A DNA stretch of 63,998 bases, the filler included, from a bacterium (GTDB lineage Bacteria; JBBIVP01), in assembly GCA_037439705.1 (NCBI GenBank). It is 10 parts of 10 records of this genome, joined end to end, with 100 filler letters (N's around TTAATTAATTAA, not from the genome) between each part and the next. Parts side by side here need not be neighbours in the genome. Positions count along the whole stretch, not along the records: positions 20,500 to 27,201 come from JBBIVP010000119.1; positions 27,302 to 33,916 come from JBBIVP010000120.1; 8 more parts are not named here. One strand, written 5' to 3'. Numbering within the stretch: the first letter of the stretch is position 1; every line of letters starts with the position of its first letter. The position numbers and the translations under genes are program-made. The notes beneath the pieces were generated by a model, which was not told where the DNA came from, did no database searches, and was given only the letters and a program-made list of their open reading frames with translations. Below are positions 21,658-31,060 of this stretch, in pieces.

Positions 21658-23310
21658 TTACCAGAAGTAAATGTTTAAAAAGATGAGGGTAAGAAGGGAA
21701 ATAAAAGCCCAGAAGGACGGTCTTTGCAGGAGTGGATAGGATTTCATCTGGGGAACAGGAGTTAAACCTCTAACAAGTCCTTTCAATTCGCCATCAGGTT
21801 TAGGTTTTGTTAAAAGGCTTACAACCACTGTAACCACAAAACATATAAGCCATGCCCACCATGCTCTCCACATATTGTTGCTCATATTACTTGGGGTATG
21901 AGAAAATGTAAGGTAATATGGGTCAATCCATCCAAATCTCAATGCGAGAAACATAAAAAAGGAAGAAAGCATTCCAGCGAGAAGACCATAGAATGCTCCA
22001 TCGGAAGTTGTCCTTTTCCAGAACATTCCGAGAAGGATGGTTGCAAAAAGAGGGGCATTGACCCAGGAGAATATTGCCTGAATGTAATCCATAATGGTGG
22101 GAAATTGTTTTGCCCAGTAAGCTGCTCCAACGCTAAGAATTATTCCGATAATCGTCACTAATCTTCCCATCCATACTAAATGAGGTTCGCTTGCATCCTT
22201 CTTTATAACTGCCTTGTACATGTCGTATGTCCACACTGTATTGAAAGCACTTATATTTCCTGCCTGCCCTGCCATAAATCCTGCAAGAAGGGCTGTGACA
22301 CCAAGCCCAAGAAGTCCTGGCGGACAGTATCTGGCAATAAGAATTGGCAATGCTGAATCGTGAATTATATTTCCTTTTTCATCTACAAATAGTGAAATTA
22401 CTTTTTCAGAAGAAAGTTTCCAGGCTACGAGCCCGCCTCCAACAACAATTAGCGGGATTGCCATTTTAAAATATGATGCAATTATCGGACACATCTGAGC
22501 TGTCCTTAAGTCCCTTGAAGAAAAAGCACGCTGAACAACAAGAAAATCAGTTGTCCAGTATCCAAAGGAAAGGACAAATCCGAGTCCAAGAACTATTCCC
22601 GGCCATGTCACTCCCATAGGATTTTTTGATGGATCCCCCGAAGTAGCCCATAATGAAGCCATTGATTGAGGAAGTTCCTGAAGGAGATTTCCCTTAACTT
22701 CAATTATTCCGAGAATTGCAACAAGGAAAAGTCCTAACCATATAAGAAAGAACTGGACAACTTCAGTAAAAATCGCAGATGTCAAACCACCGAGGGCAAC
22801 ATATAATGCTACTGTTAGTGCAGAAATCCATATTGAAACATCCCAGTTCCATCCGAGAAACATATGAAATATAAGAGCCATGAGGTACATGTTTATACCC
22901 GACATGAGAACCGTCATTATGGCAAAAGAAACCGCATTTAAAATCCTCGTTTTTTCATCAAACCTACCTTTGAGATAACCTGGAACAGAATAAATTTTAC
23001 TGCTGTAATAAAATGGCATCATGTAAAGACCAAGAAATAACATAGCAGGGATTGCACCAATCCAGTAAAAGTGAGCGGTGTAAATTCCGTATTTATATGT
23101 GGCTCCTGTCCATCCAAGGATTTCAAGAGCACCGAGGTTTGCAGAAAGAAATGCAAGACCCGCAACCCATGAACTGCTCCTCCTACCTGCTAGGAAAAAG
23201 TCTTCTCCAGTTACTGTGAATTTTCTCAAATATAAGCCAATTCCGATAATAAATCCAAAATAAAGAACTATTATTACCCAGTCTATAAATGCAAGTTTAA
23301 TGGTCATCAC
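21658..23310 (-). CDS. Sodium:solute symporter, probably Na+/galactose
   Basis: Many TM helices, FFLAGR, YWTTDFLVVQR; co-oriented with galK. Confidence 0.9.
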   Translation of the reverse strand: MMTIKLAFIDWVIIVLYFGFIIGIGLYLRKFTVTGEDFFLAGRRSSSWVAGLAFLSANLGALEILGWTGATYKYGIYTAHFYWIGAIPAMLFLGLYMMPFYYSSKIYSVPGYLKGRFDEKTRILNAVSFAIMTVLMSGINMYLMALIFHMFLGWNWDVSIWISALTVALYVALGGLTSAIFTEVVQFFLIWLGLFLVAILGIIEVKGNLLQELPQSMASLWATSGDPSKNPMGVTWPGIVLGLGFVLSFGYWTTDFLVVQRAFSSRDLRTAQMCPIIASYFKMAIPLIVVGGGLVAWKLSSEKVISLFVDEKGNIIHDSALPILIARYCPPGLLGLGVTALLAGFMAGQAGNISAFNTVWTYDMYKAVIKKDASEPHLVWMGRLVTIIGIILSVGAAYWAKQFPTIMDYIQAIFSWVNAPLFATILLGMFWKRTTSDGAFYGLLAGMLSSFFMFLALRFGWIDPYYLTFSHTPSNMSNNMWRAWWAWLICFVVTVVVSLLTKPKPDGELKGLVRGLTPVPQMKSYPLLQRPSFWAFISLLTLIFLNIYFW

Positions 23311-23359
23311 TTTTAAATGATAAATTCAAAAAACTTAATTTCAAGCAAAACAAAATTTA

Positions 23360-24034
23360 TTATCCAAGTCTTGTTCCGCACTCACCGCAGAACCTGACTC
23401 CTGCTTGATTTTGGGCTCCACATTTTGGACACTTTATCAGATTTAACGGTGCCCCACAATTAACACAAAATTTACCTTCACCAGCAGGTTTACCGCATTG
23501 AGAACAAATTGTCTGCTTACTTTCAATTTCACCAGTAAAAATTTGTGTTTTAGCTGCTTTTTCCTTTATGTCCTGAACAGCTTTTTCAGCCTTAGCTGCA
23601 GCCACCTCAACACCTATTCTGGGAGCACATCCTACGCATAAACCTTCTTGTTCATTCCAATCGTTCTCGCAGACCCATTTTGTACACTTTGGACAACGAT
23701 GAAAGTGAGATTTCGCTTCGTTCTGGGCAGTTTCAAATGCTTTTTCGTGCTCCTTATGCCATTCCGGAGACATTCCACTAAACCTTCCACTAATTACATC
23801 TGCTGCTTTTTCTGCACCATATCCTATACTGTATTTCCCCATCATCTCAGAAACCGCACTTATCAATCCGGCAATCCACTTCAACAATTTACCCTTTTTG
23901 TAGGATTTTGATTCAATAAATCTGGTTTTATAACCCTCTCTACAAATATCGCAGTAAAAAGTGAACTGAAATCCCGCTTCTGTACTGTTGTCTGCAAAGT
24001 TGTCTGTAAACCCTATCAACTTACCTTCTACCAT
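23360..24034 (-). CDS. Multi zinc-ribbon (double zinc ribbon) protein
   Basis: CDIC, CPKC, CVGC, CSQC, CVNC, CPKC, CGEC; C-terminal FC..CG..L. Confidence 0.85.
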   Translation of the reverse strand: MVEGKLIGFTDNFADNSTEAGFQFTFYCDICREGYKTRFIESKSYKKGKLLKWIAGLISAVSEMMGKYSIGYGAEKAADVISGRFSGMSPEWHKEHEKAFETAQNEAKSHFHRCPKCTKWVCENDWNEQEGLCVGCAPRIGVEVAAAKAEKAVQDIKEKAAKTQIFTGEIESKQTICSQCGKPAGEGKFCVNCGAPLNLIKCPKCGAQNQAGVRFCGECGTRLG

Positions 24035-24035
24035 T

Positions 24036-24380
24036 TTAACTACCTCCTTTTATTTTTAATGGTTTACCACATTTTATACAATTTTCCCCAATTGGCGGTT
24101 GTTCTGTTTTACATTTTGGATTTGTACAGATGACTACCAAACGAGCATCACAGTGCCCGCAATAGTTTCCGAAAAATGTTTCTTCGCCACAATATGGACA
24201 TTTTATTTTTAAATCCAAACCACAGTTTGGACATCTAACATAATCCTTTTGAATAGGCATCCTGCACTTAGGACATCTTAATGGTCCCAATGGATTTACT
24301 TTACCACAAAAAGGGCAAACATTTGAATCCTTTTCTATTAATTTGTTACAATAATTACATGGATGTTTATAACCTGGCAT
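24036..24380 (-). CDS. Small double-zinc-ribbon protein
   Basis: 114 aa with eight Cys pairs (16 Cys); GGAGG RBS. Confidence 0.85.
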   Translation of the reverse strand: MPGYKHPCNYCNKLIEKDSNVCPFCGKVNPLGPLRCPKCRMPIQKDYVRCPNCGLDLKIKCPYCGEETFFGNYCGHCDARLVVICTNPKCKTEQPPIGENCIKCGKPLKIKGGS

Positions 24381-24725
24381 TTATTCCTCCTTGTTCTCTT
24401 CTAATTCTATTTCCAGTTCTGTTTTACTCAAACCTTTTTCAATAAAAGTAAACACAAAACCTTTTAATATTTCAACACTATTTATTTTTCCATAACCGAT
24501 AAAAACTTTTATTTTTGAATCAGGAAAAATTAAAGTATATGAACCATCTCTTTTAGATGCAGAAGATGGCTTATCAGTTAAATATGTGTAACTATTTTCT
24601 TTTGTTTCTATTTCATATACTGAATTAACGCCCAATTTGTGTTCTTTGTTAATATTTATTTTTTTTTCTCTGTCAGTGATTATTGTGTTTCCTTCTATCC
24701 TCCTTACATAAACACCTGTTTTCAC
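24381..24725 (-). CDS. Hypothetical protein, weak FecR-like pattern
   Basis: IETKENS...DGS..LIFPDSKIKV...EILKG resembles FecR beta motif; abuts neighbours. Confidence 0.55.
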   Translation of the reverse strand: MKTGVYVRRIEGNTIITDREKKININKEHKLGVNSVYEIETKENSYTYLTDKPSSASKRDGSYTLIFPDSKIKVFIGYGKINSVEILKGFVFTFIEKGLSKTELEIELEENKEE

Positions 24726-24728
24726 TTT

Positions 24729-25397
24729 TTAACCTCTCACACCAATTACAGCAGTTGGACCTTTTATAAATTTATTTCTACCACAAAAGCTCAATCGTTG
24801 TCGTGTATTATTAAAAGGATTGGCAGATAAAATCCCTGGATTTATTTTTAATAGAATTAGTTTTTGGGTTTTATCAGAATAATTATAAAATTCAACTCTG
24901 GCTTCTGAAAAACCATTTATATGAACAAGTTTTGCTTTAAGCTCAGTCTCTGGTATTTCTTGGGCGACTATTTTTTCAGGCCATTTTTCTTTTGGATAAC
25001 CTTTCCATATTCTATAGTTCTTACTTTCATAATTATCTACTTCCCCATCTGCATACTCATCTATCTGAAATAAAAAATCCTGTTCCTCTTTATTTAACTC
25101 ATTGAATTTCGGCTTTTTACATAATTTCCATATTAAGTTTTGTCTGAAATCCTTATCAATATCTGGATGCCGATTAAAAAATTGGATAACCTTAAAATAT
25201 AACGGCATATCCAACATTTCATAAGAGAATATATATGGTTCATCAATTGCTGGTGCAACTTTACCTTCATCCATACAAAAAGTAAAAAAATCAATTGTAA
25301 CTTTTGAAAAAGGTGGGATATACGCCGATAATGGATCGGTTTTAAATATCTCAAAATTCTCAATCTGGCCGGTTATATCTTTTAAATTTTCTTCCAT
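24729..25397 (-). CDS. Hypothetical protein with thioester-domain-like motifs
   Basis: FCMD, RQNLIW and C-terminal RQRL; overlaps upstream gene. Confidence 0.6.
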   Translation of the reverse strand: MEENLKDITGQIENFEIFKTDPLSAYIPPFSKVTIDFFTFCMDEGKVAPAIDEPYIFSYEMLDMPLYFKVIQFFNRHPDIDKDFRQNLIWKLCKKPKFNELNKEEQDFLFQIDEYADGEVDNYESKNYRIWKGYPKEKWPEKIVAQEIPETELKAKLVHINGFSEARVEFYNYSDKTQKLILLKINPGILSANPFNNTRQRLSFCGRNKFIKGPTAVIGVRG

Positions 25398-26707
25398 TTC
25401 TTATCGTCATCACTTTCTGTAATATTAAACTTTAACAAATCCATAACATCGCTTTGCCATTTATCAAAAGTTGAATGAATTACCCTGCCTATGAATAATT
25501 GCCTTAATTCTCTTAACTCTTTTATTCTTGCAATTGGATATTGATATTTTGCAAACTGGGGTTCATTCAATTTTTCATCAGGTAGATAAATCGGCTCTCT
25601 TCTAAAATTTATTACCAGCATGCAACGGTTTATCTTTTTTATAAAATTATCTACTTCCTTGTGAAGGTCTTCTAAATTTTTAAAATTGGGATACTCCTTT
25701 CTGCTTACTATTCTAAAAAAGTAGGTTGCCTTTCCGCCGCTTTCGCCAGAAATTGCCTCCATTGCAACCGCATTTCCAGGCTCTTTTGAATTAGTAGAGT
25801 ATATGGGAATTAAAAACCAGATATACTCTCCCGTTAAATCGCCTAAAAGGCCGCGCTTTAGCCCGATACAAATTTTTTCCCTTTGAGCAAGAGATTTTAG
25901 AAACTCATATTCTTCTTTTATCTCAGAATTCTCTAACTTCTTTTCCAGTTCTATCCATAGCCCAGGAGAAATTGCTTCAATATCGCTTCTTTTTGCTGCT
26001 TTGCCCTCTTTCATAAAACGAGCAACTTTTCTTATAACCGACGGCTCAGCTTTTGGCAGCAGTTCTTTAAGTGATGACTGAACTTTAAGAGAAAGTTCAT
26101 TCATTAAGTCAGAAAAAGTTCTTGTGAAAGAGTCAAAGTGTTTGCCCATTTTTGAAAAAATAAGCTTCTCTCCAAATTCTGTGGTTATAACAATGGTAAA
26201 ATCCTCTTCCCTTACTTCTAAAATCTCGCTGTAGGGGATTCTTACAAGTTCCCCCTTCTCTGGTATCAAAACTAAACCGGTCTCATACAGCCTTGGTTCA
26301 CATTTTCCTTTTTGTTTTTCATTCCCTTTTTCATCATAATAAACGAATTCTCCTTCAACACCAGATTTTCTGAGTGTCTCATGCATCAACATATCCTTTA
26401 GAAGAATTTCATTACGCAAGCGGAAGAGCACGCGCAAAAAATCTTCATATTTATAGCCGAGATTAAAAATAGTTAACTTTTCTTTTGAAGTTAAAGTGAA
26501 ATAAATTTTGTAGTCACCTTCAGAAATTTCAATTATATCTCTCAACGAGAAAAACAACGGTTCACCAAACTTTGGAAGAATAGAAATATCTTCTTCTGCA
26601 ATTTTGAGCTGTGCATCGCCTCTCGCTGTTATGTATCCTGTTTCATCACACAGAGAATAACCGCACGCACATTCCATTATAGGTATTTGCTCATTTTTTT
26701 CATCCAT
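25382..26707 (-). CDS. Hypothetical protein with duplicated N-terminal PH-like beta domain
   Basis: Residues ~15-100 and ~118-203 align by eye (DETG/DEKG, ILPKFGE/LIPEKGE, EKLTI/EKLIF, RNE/MNE). Confidence 0.7.
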   Translation of the reverse strand: MDEKNEQIPIMECACGYSLCDETGYITARGDAQLKIAEEDISILPKFGEPLFFSLRDIIEISEGDYKIYFTLTSKEKLTIFNLGYKYEDFLRVLFRLRNEILLKDMLMHETLRKSGVEGEFVYYDEKGNEKQKGKCEPRLYETGLVLIPEKGELVRIPYSEILEVREEDFTIVITTEFGEKLIFSKMGKHFDSFTRTFSDLMNELSLKVQSSLKELLPKAEPSVIRKVARFMKEGKAAKRSDIEAISPGLWIELEKKLENSEIKEEYEFLKSLAQREKICIGLKRGLLGDLTGEYIWFLIPIYSTNSKEPGNAVAMEAISGESGGKATYFFRIVSRKEYPNFKNLEDLHKEVDNFIKKINRCMLVINFRREPIYLPDEKLNEPQFAKYQYPIARIKELRELRQLFIGRVIHSTFDKWQSDVMDLLKFNITESDDDKKWKKI

Positions 26708-26965
26708 AATTATTCACACTGAGTTTAATTGTGTATATAATATTTTTATTATGACGTCAAGGAAAATTGAACTTTTAATATATAAGGCTGAAACCATTAA
26801 AAACAAATTGCGATTATTTTCTCTTACAGATTGCCCTCATGCCTGTTTTCATCTCACATCCAAAATTCAACCCGTTAACTTTATACTCTTAATATGAAAT
26901 AGGAAATTGTTGAAATGGGAATAAATACATTGTAAAATAATTTTAATAACGAAAGGGGGCAAAGG

Positions 26966-27201
26966 ATGAAAAAAGAGATTATAAAAGTTTTTTGCATGGG
27001 AATAATGAGCCTATTATTCAATGCTTGTAATAAAGAAAGTCCATTGAATCCTGAAGAGAGTCTTCTTCCTGGAACAGGAACTGCGGAGTTTGCAATAAAT
27101 AAGGAAGGGAATAGATGGCAGTTTTTATCCACAGATGGATTTTCAAAGAATTTGCTCATCTTGCAAAAATGTGAGAATGTAATAAATGAAATAAACTGGG
27201 A
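26966..27201 (+). CDS. Putative lipoprotein (3' truncated)
   Basis: MKK...LLFNAC lipobox-like signal; upstream TTGAAA-17-TAAAAT. Confidence 0.6.
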
Positions 27202-27301
27202 NNNNNNNNNNNNNNNNNNNNNNNNNNNNNNNNNNNNNNNNNNNNTTAATTAATTAANNNNNNNNNNNNNNNNNNNNNNNNNNNNNNNNNNNNNNNNNNN
27301 N

Positions 27302-27900
27302 GCTTCAAGGACTGAAGAAAGTTTTCCCTTGCAGAGTTTTTTATAGAAGTCCTCCCTGAAGGATTTAAGGTCCACATTTGCTGCATCAAGAAAATTTATG
27401 GCTGATGAAAGGGCATTTAAAGAAATATATCCGTTGGTTACGAAGATGTTTTTGAGACCTTTCCTTCTTGCTATAATTCCAGTGTCCATGGCAAATTCAA
27501 AAAAAATTGTCGGTTCTGTATAGGTATATGAAATTGAATGTGCTCCTGTCCTCATCCCCGCATCAACAACTTCTTCAGGAGAAACATATTTAACTCTCTC
27601 CAGTCCATCAACTATCTGAGAAATCTCCCAGTTCTGGCAGAACGGACACTGAAAATTACAACCAGGGGTTGCTATAGAAAAGGTTTTTGTTCCAGGAAAA
27701 AAATGAAACAACGGTTTCTTCTCAACCGGATCAAGATGGGCAGCTATTATCTTCCCATATACCTCACTCCATAATTTACCACCCTTGTTTATTCTTACTC
27801 CGCAAACCCCTCTTTTACCTTCACTTATAATGCAGAAATGTGGGCAGAGTAAGCATTTAACCTTTCCGTTAACAGATTCATAAAAACCTGCTTCCCTCAT
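27302..27900 (-). CDS. amrS: AmmeMemoRadiSam system radical SAM enzyme (3' truncated)
   Basis: CLLCPHFC, DPVEKKPLFHF, GCNFQCPFCQNWEISQ, YTYTEP, VTNGY. Confidence 0.9.
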
Positions 27901-28604
27901 AAAAGATGCCTCTCCACAATGTTCAAAAAATCATTTATGAAGTAATCCATCTCATTCAGAATAGCTTTAACCTTTTCAAGAAGGTAATTGTAGCCTGCAA
28001 CTGCCGGTATTGCTGTAAAAAGCCCTATCGCTGTAGTAATAAGGGCTTCTGATATTCCTGGTGCCACTGCACTCAAAGACGGATTCCCCATTACTCCTAT
28101 TTCCCTGAAGGAATTTATAATTCCAAAAACTGTCCCGAGAAGACCTATAAATGGTGCAGTATTACCAACCGTTGCAAGAAATGTTAGATAACCTTCAAGA
28201 ATGAGTTTCTGCCTGCTCATCTCCTTTTCCATTGCTCTCTTCACATTATCTATTCCCCTTACAAAATGTCCATCTTCGGGATTTCTCTGTGAAAAATGCT
28301 TTCTTAATTTTTTGACCTCTTTGTATCCGCTGAGAAATGCCCTCGCAGGCGGGCTGTAAGAAAGGTTCCTGGCTCTTTCCTCCACATCCTCAAGGGTCTT
28401 TGATGACCAGAAGATCTCAAGAAACTCCATGCTTTGAGCATCTGCTCTTTTCAAATAGAAGTATTTGGCAACTATTATAATCCAGGAAATGAAGGAAGCG
28501 CTGAAAAGAATGAGAAGGATAATTTTGACAACAAGGGAAGCAGAAAACATCATCTCCACAAGAGAAGTTTGTGAAACCATAAAATAAAAGATAAAATTGC
28601 TCAT
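27897..28604 (-). CDS. tolQ: TolQ/ExbB/MotA proton channel protein
   Basis: LATVGNTAPFIGLLGTVFGI, VAPGISEAL.TTA.GL..AIPAV. Confidence 0.85.
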   Translation of the reverse strand: MSNFIFYFMVSQTSLVEMMFSASLVVKIILLILFSASFISWIIIVAKYFYLKRADAQSMEFLEIFWSSKTLEDVEERARNLSYSPPARAFLSGYKEVKKLRKHFSQRNPEDGHFVRGIDNVKRAMEKEMSRQKLILEGYLTFLATVGNTAPFIGLLGTVFGIINSFREIGVMGNPSLSAVAPGISEALITTAIGLFTAIPAVAGYNYLLEKVKAILNEMDYFINDFLNIVERHLL

Positions 28605-29677
28605 TTTTCTGATGCTGTTTTCCTCTTCAGGATTGGCTCATAAAGGCAGTAAGGCTCCTCCTGAAGAAAGGACCCCCTATCATAGTAAGCCCTCGCCCTG
28701 CATCCACCGCATATTTTCTTGAATTCACAGATTCCGCATTTCCCTTCAAGCATCTCATAGTTTCTGAGTTTAAGAAATACCTCTGAATTCTTCCAGATAT
28801 CTGAAAAATTCTTCTCCCTCACATTCCCCGCAACTACAGGAAGATAACCGCAGGGCTGGACATCTCCCTTTCTTGATATAAAACACACATTCGTTCCAGC
28901 AAGGCAACCCCTCGTAAAAGTAGAAAAAGCTCTCTTAAAATCCTCCCTTTCGGGCTTTCCCCTTTGATGCACAATTCTGTAAAAATGTGGAGCACAGGTA
29001 GCCTTGAACTCAATGCCCGGATTCTCAATCCACTTTTCATAAAACCAGTTAAGGGTTTCCTCATATTCCTCTGGAGAAAGCATTGCGGAATCAACTATGT
29101 TCACACCACATCCTACAGGAACAAGCATAAATATGTGGAGGGCTGAAGCTTTCATCTTTTTTGCAAGGTCAAGAATTAAATCCCTTTCCTTCAGGTTAAA
29201 TCTTGTAATTGTTGTGTTTATCTGGACAGAAATTCCAAATTTTTTAAGATTTTCAATTCCCGCCATCGCCATTTCAAAGGAGCCCTTTATCCCTCTGAAA
29301 CTATCGTGCGTTTGAGGAGTTCCCCCGTCTATACTTATGCTAACCCTTCTTATTCCGCTTTCTTTTATTCTCTTAGCAATCCCCTCATCAATCAATGTTC
29401 CGTTGCTCGCCATAGCAGTTATCAACCCGATTTCTTTTGCATATTCCGCAATCTCAAAAAAATCCCTTCTTATAAGAGGTTCACCTCCTGTTAGAATTAC
29501 AACAACATTTCCAAGACCCCTTATCTCACCAAGAACCCTCTTAATCTCGTCTGTTCTCAACTCATCCCTTTCCCCTTCAAAACTTGCTTCCGCCCTGCAA
29601 TGAATGCAGGAAAGATTGCACCTCGCTGTAAGTTCAAAAAAAACAATTCTCAGAGGAAAGCTCTCATTCTCCTTCAT
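28601..29677 (-). CDS. ahbD: Radical SAM/SPASM heme biosynthesis enzyme, AhbD-like
   Basis: CNLSCIHC, TCAPH, GCLAG, VQPCGY, CGICEFKKICGGCRARA. Confidence 0.75.
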   Translation of the reverse strand: MKENESFPLRIVFFELTARCNLSCIHCRAEASFEGERDELRTDEIKRVLGEIRGLGNVVVILTGGEPLIRRDFFEIAEYAKEIGLITAMASNGTLIDEGIAKRIKESGIRRVSISIDGGTPQTHDSFRGIKGSFEMAMAGIENLKKFGISVQINTTITRFNLKERDLILDLAKKMKASALHIFMLVPVGCGVNIVDSAMLSPEEYEETLNWFYEKWIENPGIEFKATCAPHFYRIVHQRGKPEREDFKRAFSTFTRGCLAGTNVCFISRKGDVQPCGYLPVVAGNVREKNFSDIWKNSEVFLKLRNYEMLEGKCGICEFKKICGGCRARAYYDRGSFLQEEPYCLYEPILKRKTASEK

Positions 29678-31060
29678 CCTCTACTCCATACTTTTTTAAT
29701 CTGTATCTCAATGTATCCCTTGTTATTCCAAGAAGTTTTGCTGCGAGCGTCTTATTCCCTTTCGCTTTTTCAAGAGCCTTCATTATATAAATCTTTTCAA
29801 CCTCTTCAAGAGAGATACCTTCATCTGGAATCTCTATATCCAACGGACCAGATGTTTTTTTTCTTTCATCCTTTAATGAAGAATAGGATATAAACAGATG
29901 CTCGGGCAGAATCTCATCTTCACTTTCCAGAATTACTGCTCTTTCAATCAGATTCTTCAATTCCCTCACATTTCCGGGCCAATCGTATTCCATCATCATA
30001 TTTAAAGCAGAAGGGTGAACCCCCTTCACCTTCTTTTTAAATTCCCTGTTAAATGTCTCAATAAATACCGAACCAGATGTGGAATATCCTCTCTTCTCTC
30101 TCTCAACGGTGGAATGTAAATCCTTATAAGGTTGAGACGATAATAAAGGTCTTCTCTCAATTTTCCATCTTCCAGAGCCTTTTCAATCCTTCTGTTGGTG
30201 GCAGTGATGATTCTCACATCAACATATATGTCTCTCACGCCTCCAAGCCTTTTAAAACTCTGGCTTTCTATAACCTTGAGCAATTTTGCCTGAGAACTCA
30301 AGGACATCTCTGTGATTTCATCAAGAAAAACAGTCCCGCCATCTGCAAGCTCAAATAATCCCTTCTTCATGGATTTGGCATCCGTAAAGGCTCCCTTTTC
30401 GTATCCAAAGAGTTCACTCTCTATTAATGTATCCGGAATGGAGGCGCAGTTTATCTCCATAAATGGATAAAACCTTCTTGGACTTGAAAAATGGATTGCC
30501 CTTGCAAGAAGGTCTTTACCTGTTCCACTCTCTCCTTCAATAAGTATTGTCTTTGCCTGACTTTCTGCAGCCTTTTTGGCTGTTGCAACCATTTCCTGTA
30601 TGACTTTTGAAACACCAATTATGTTGCTGAAACTGAATCTCTCCCTCTCCTTTTTGTAAACGCTTTCCACATGCCGCTTTAGCGTCCTCGCTTCCAGAGC
30701 CTTCTTAACAACAATTTTTACCTCTTCTATGTCAAAGGGCTTTGTTATGTAATCAACAGCATTGAGTTTCATCGCTTCAACTGCATTTGAGACATTTCCG
30801 AAGGCAGTTATAACAATTATATCACAGAAGGCATCGAATTCCTTTATTTTTCTTAACACCTTCATTCCGGATTCATCCGGAAGTTTCACATCAAGAATTA
30901 CGAGATCCGGGAGTTCTTCAGAAAAAATCTCCATCGCATCCCTTGCAGTTCCTGCCTCAAGAATCTCATACCCCTCCCTCTCTAATTCCTTTCTCAAAGC
31001 CCACCTTATAAGGGTCTCGTCATCCACTATGAGAATCTTCTCTGCCAATTCTAACCTCAC
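29664..31060 (-). CDS. NtrC-family sigma54-dependent response regulator (frameshift near 30064)
   Basis: Receiver domain, GESGTGK, GAFTDA, DLYYRLN, then WPGNVREL and Fis HTH in a second frame; one extra T rejoins them. Confidence 0.9.
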
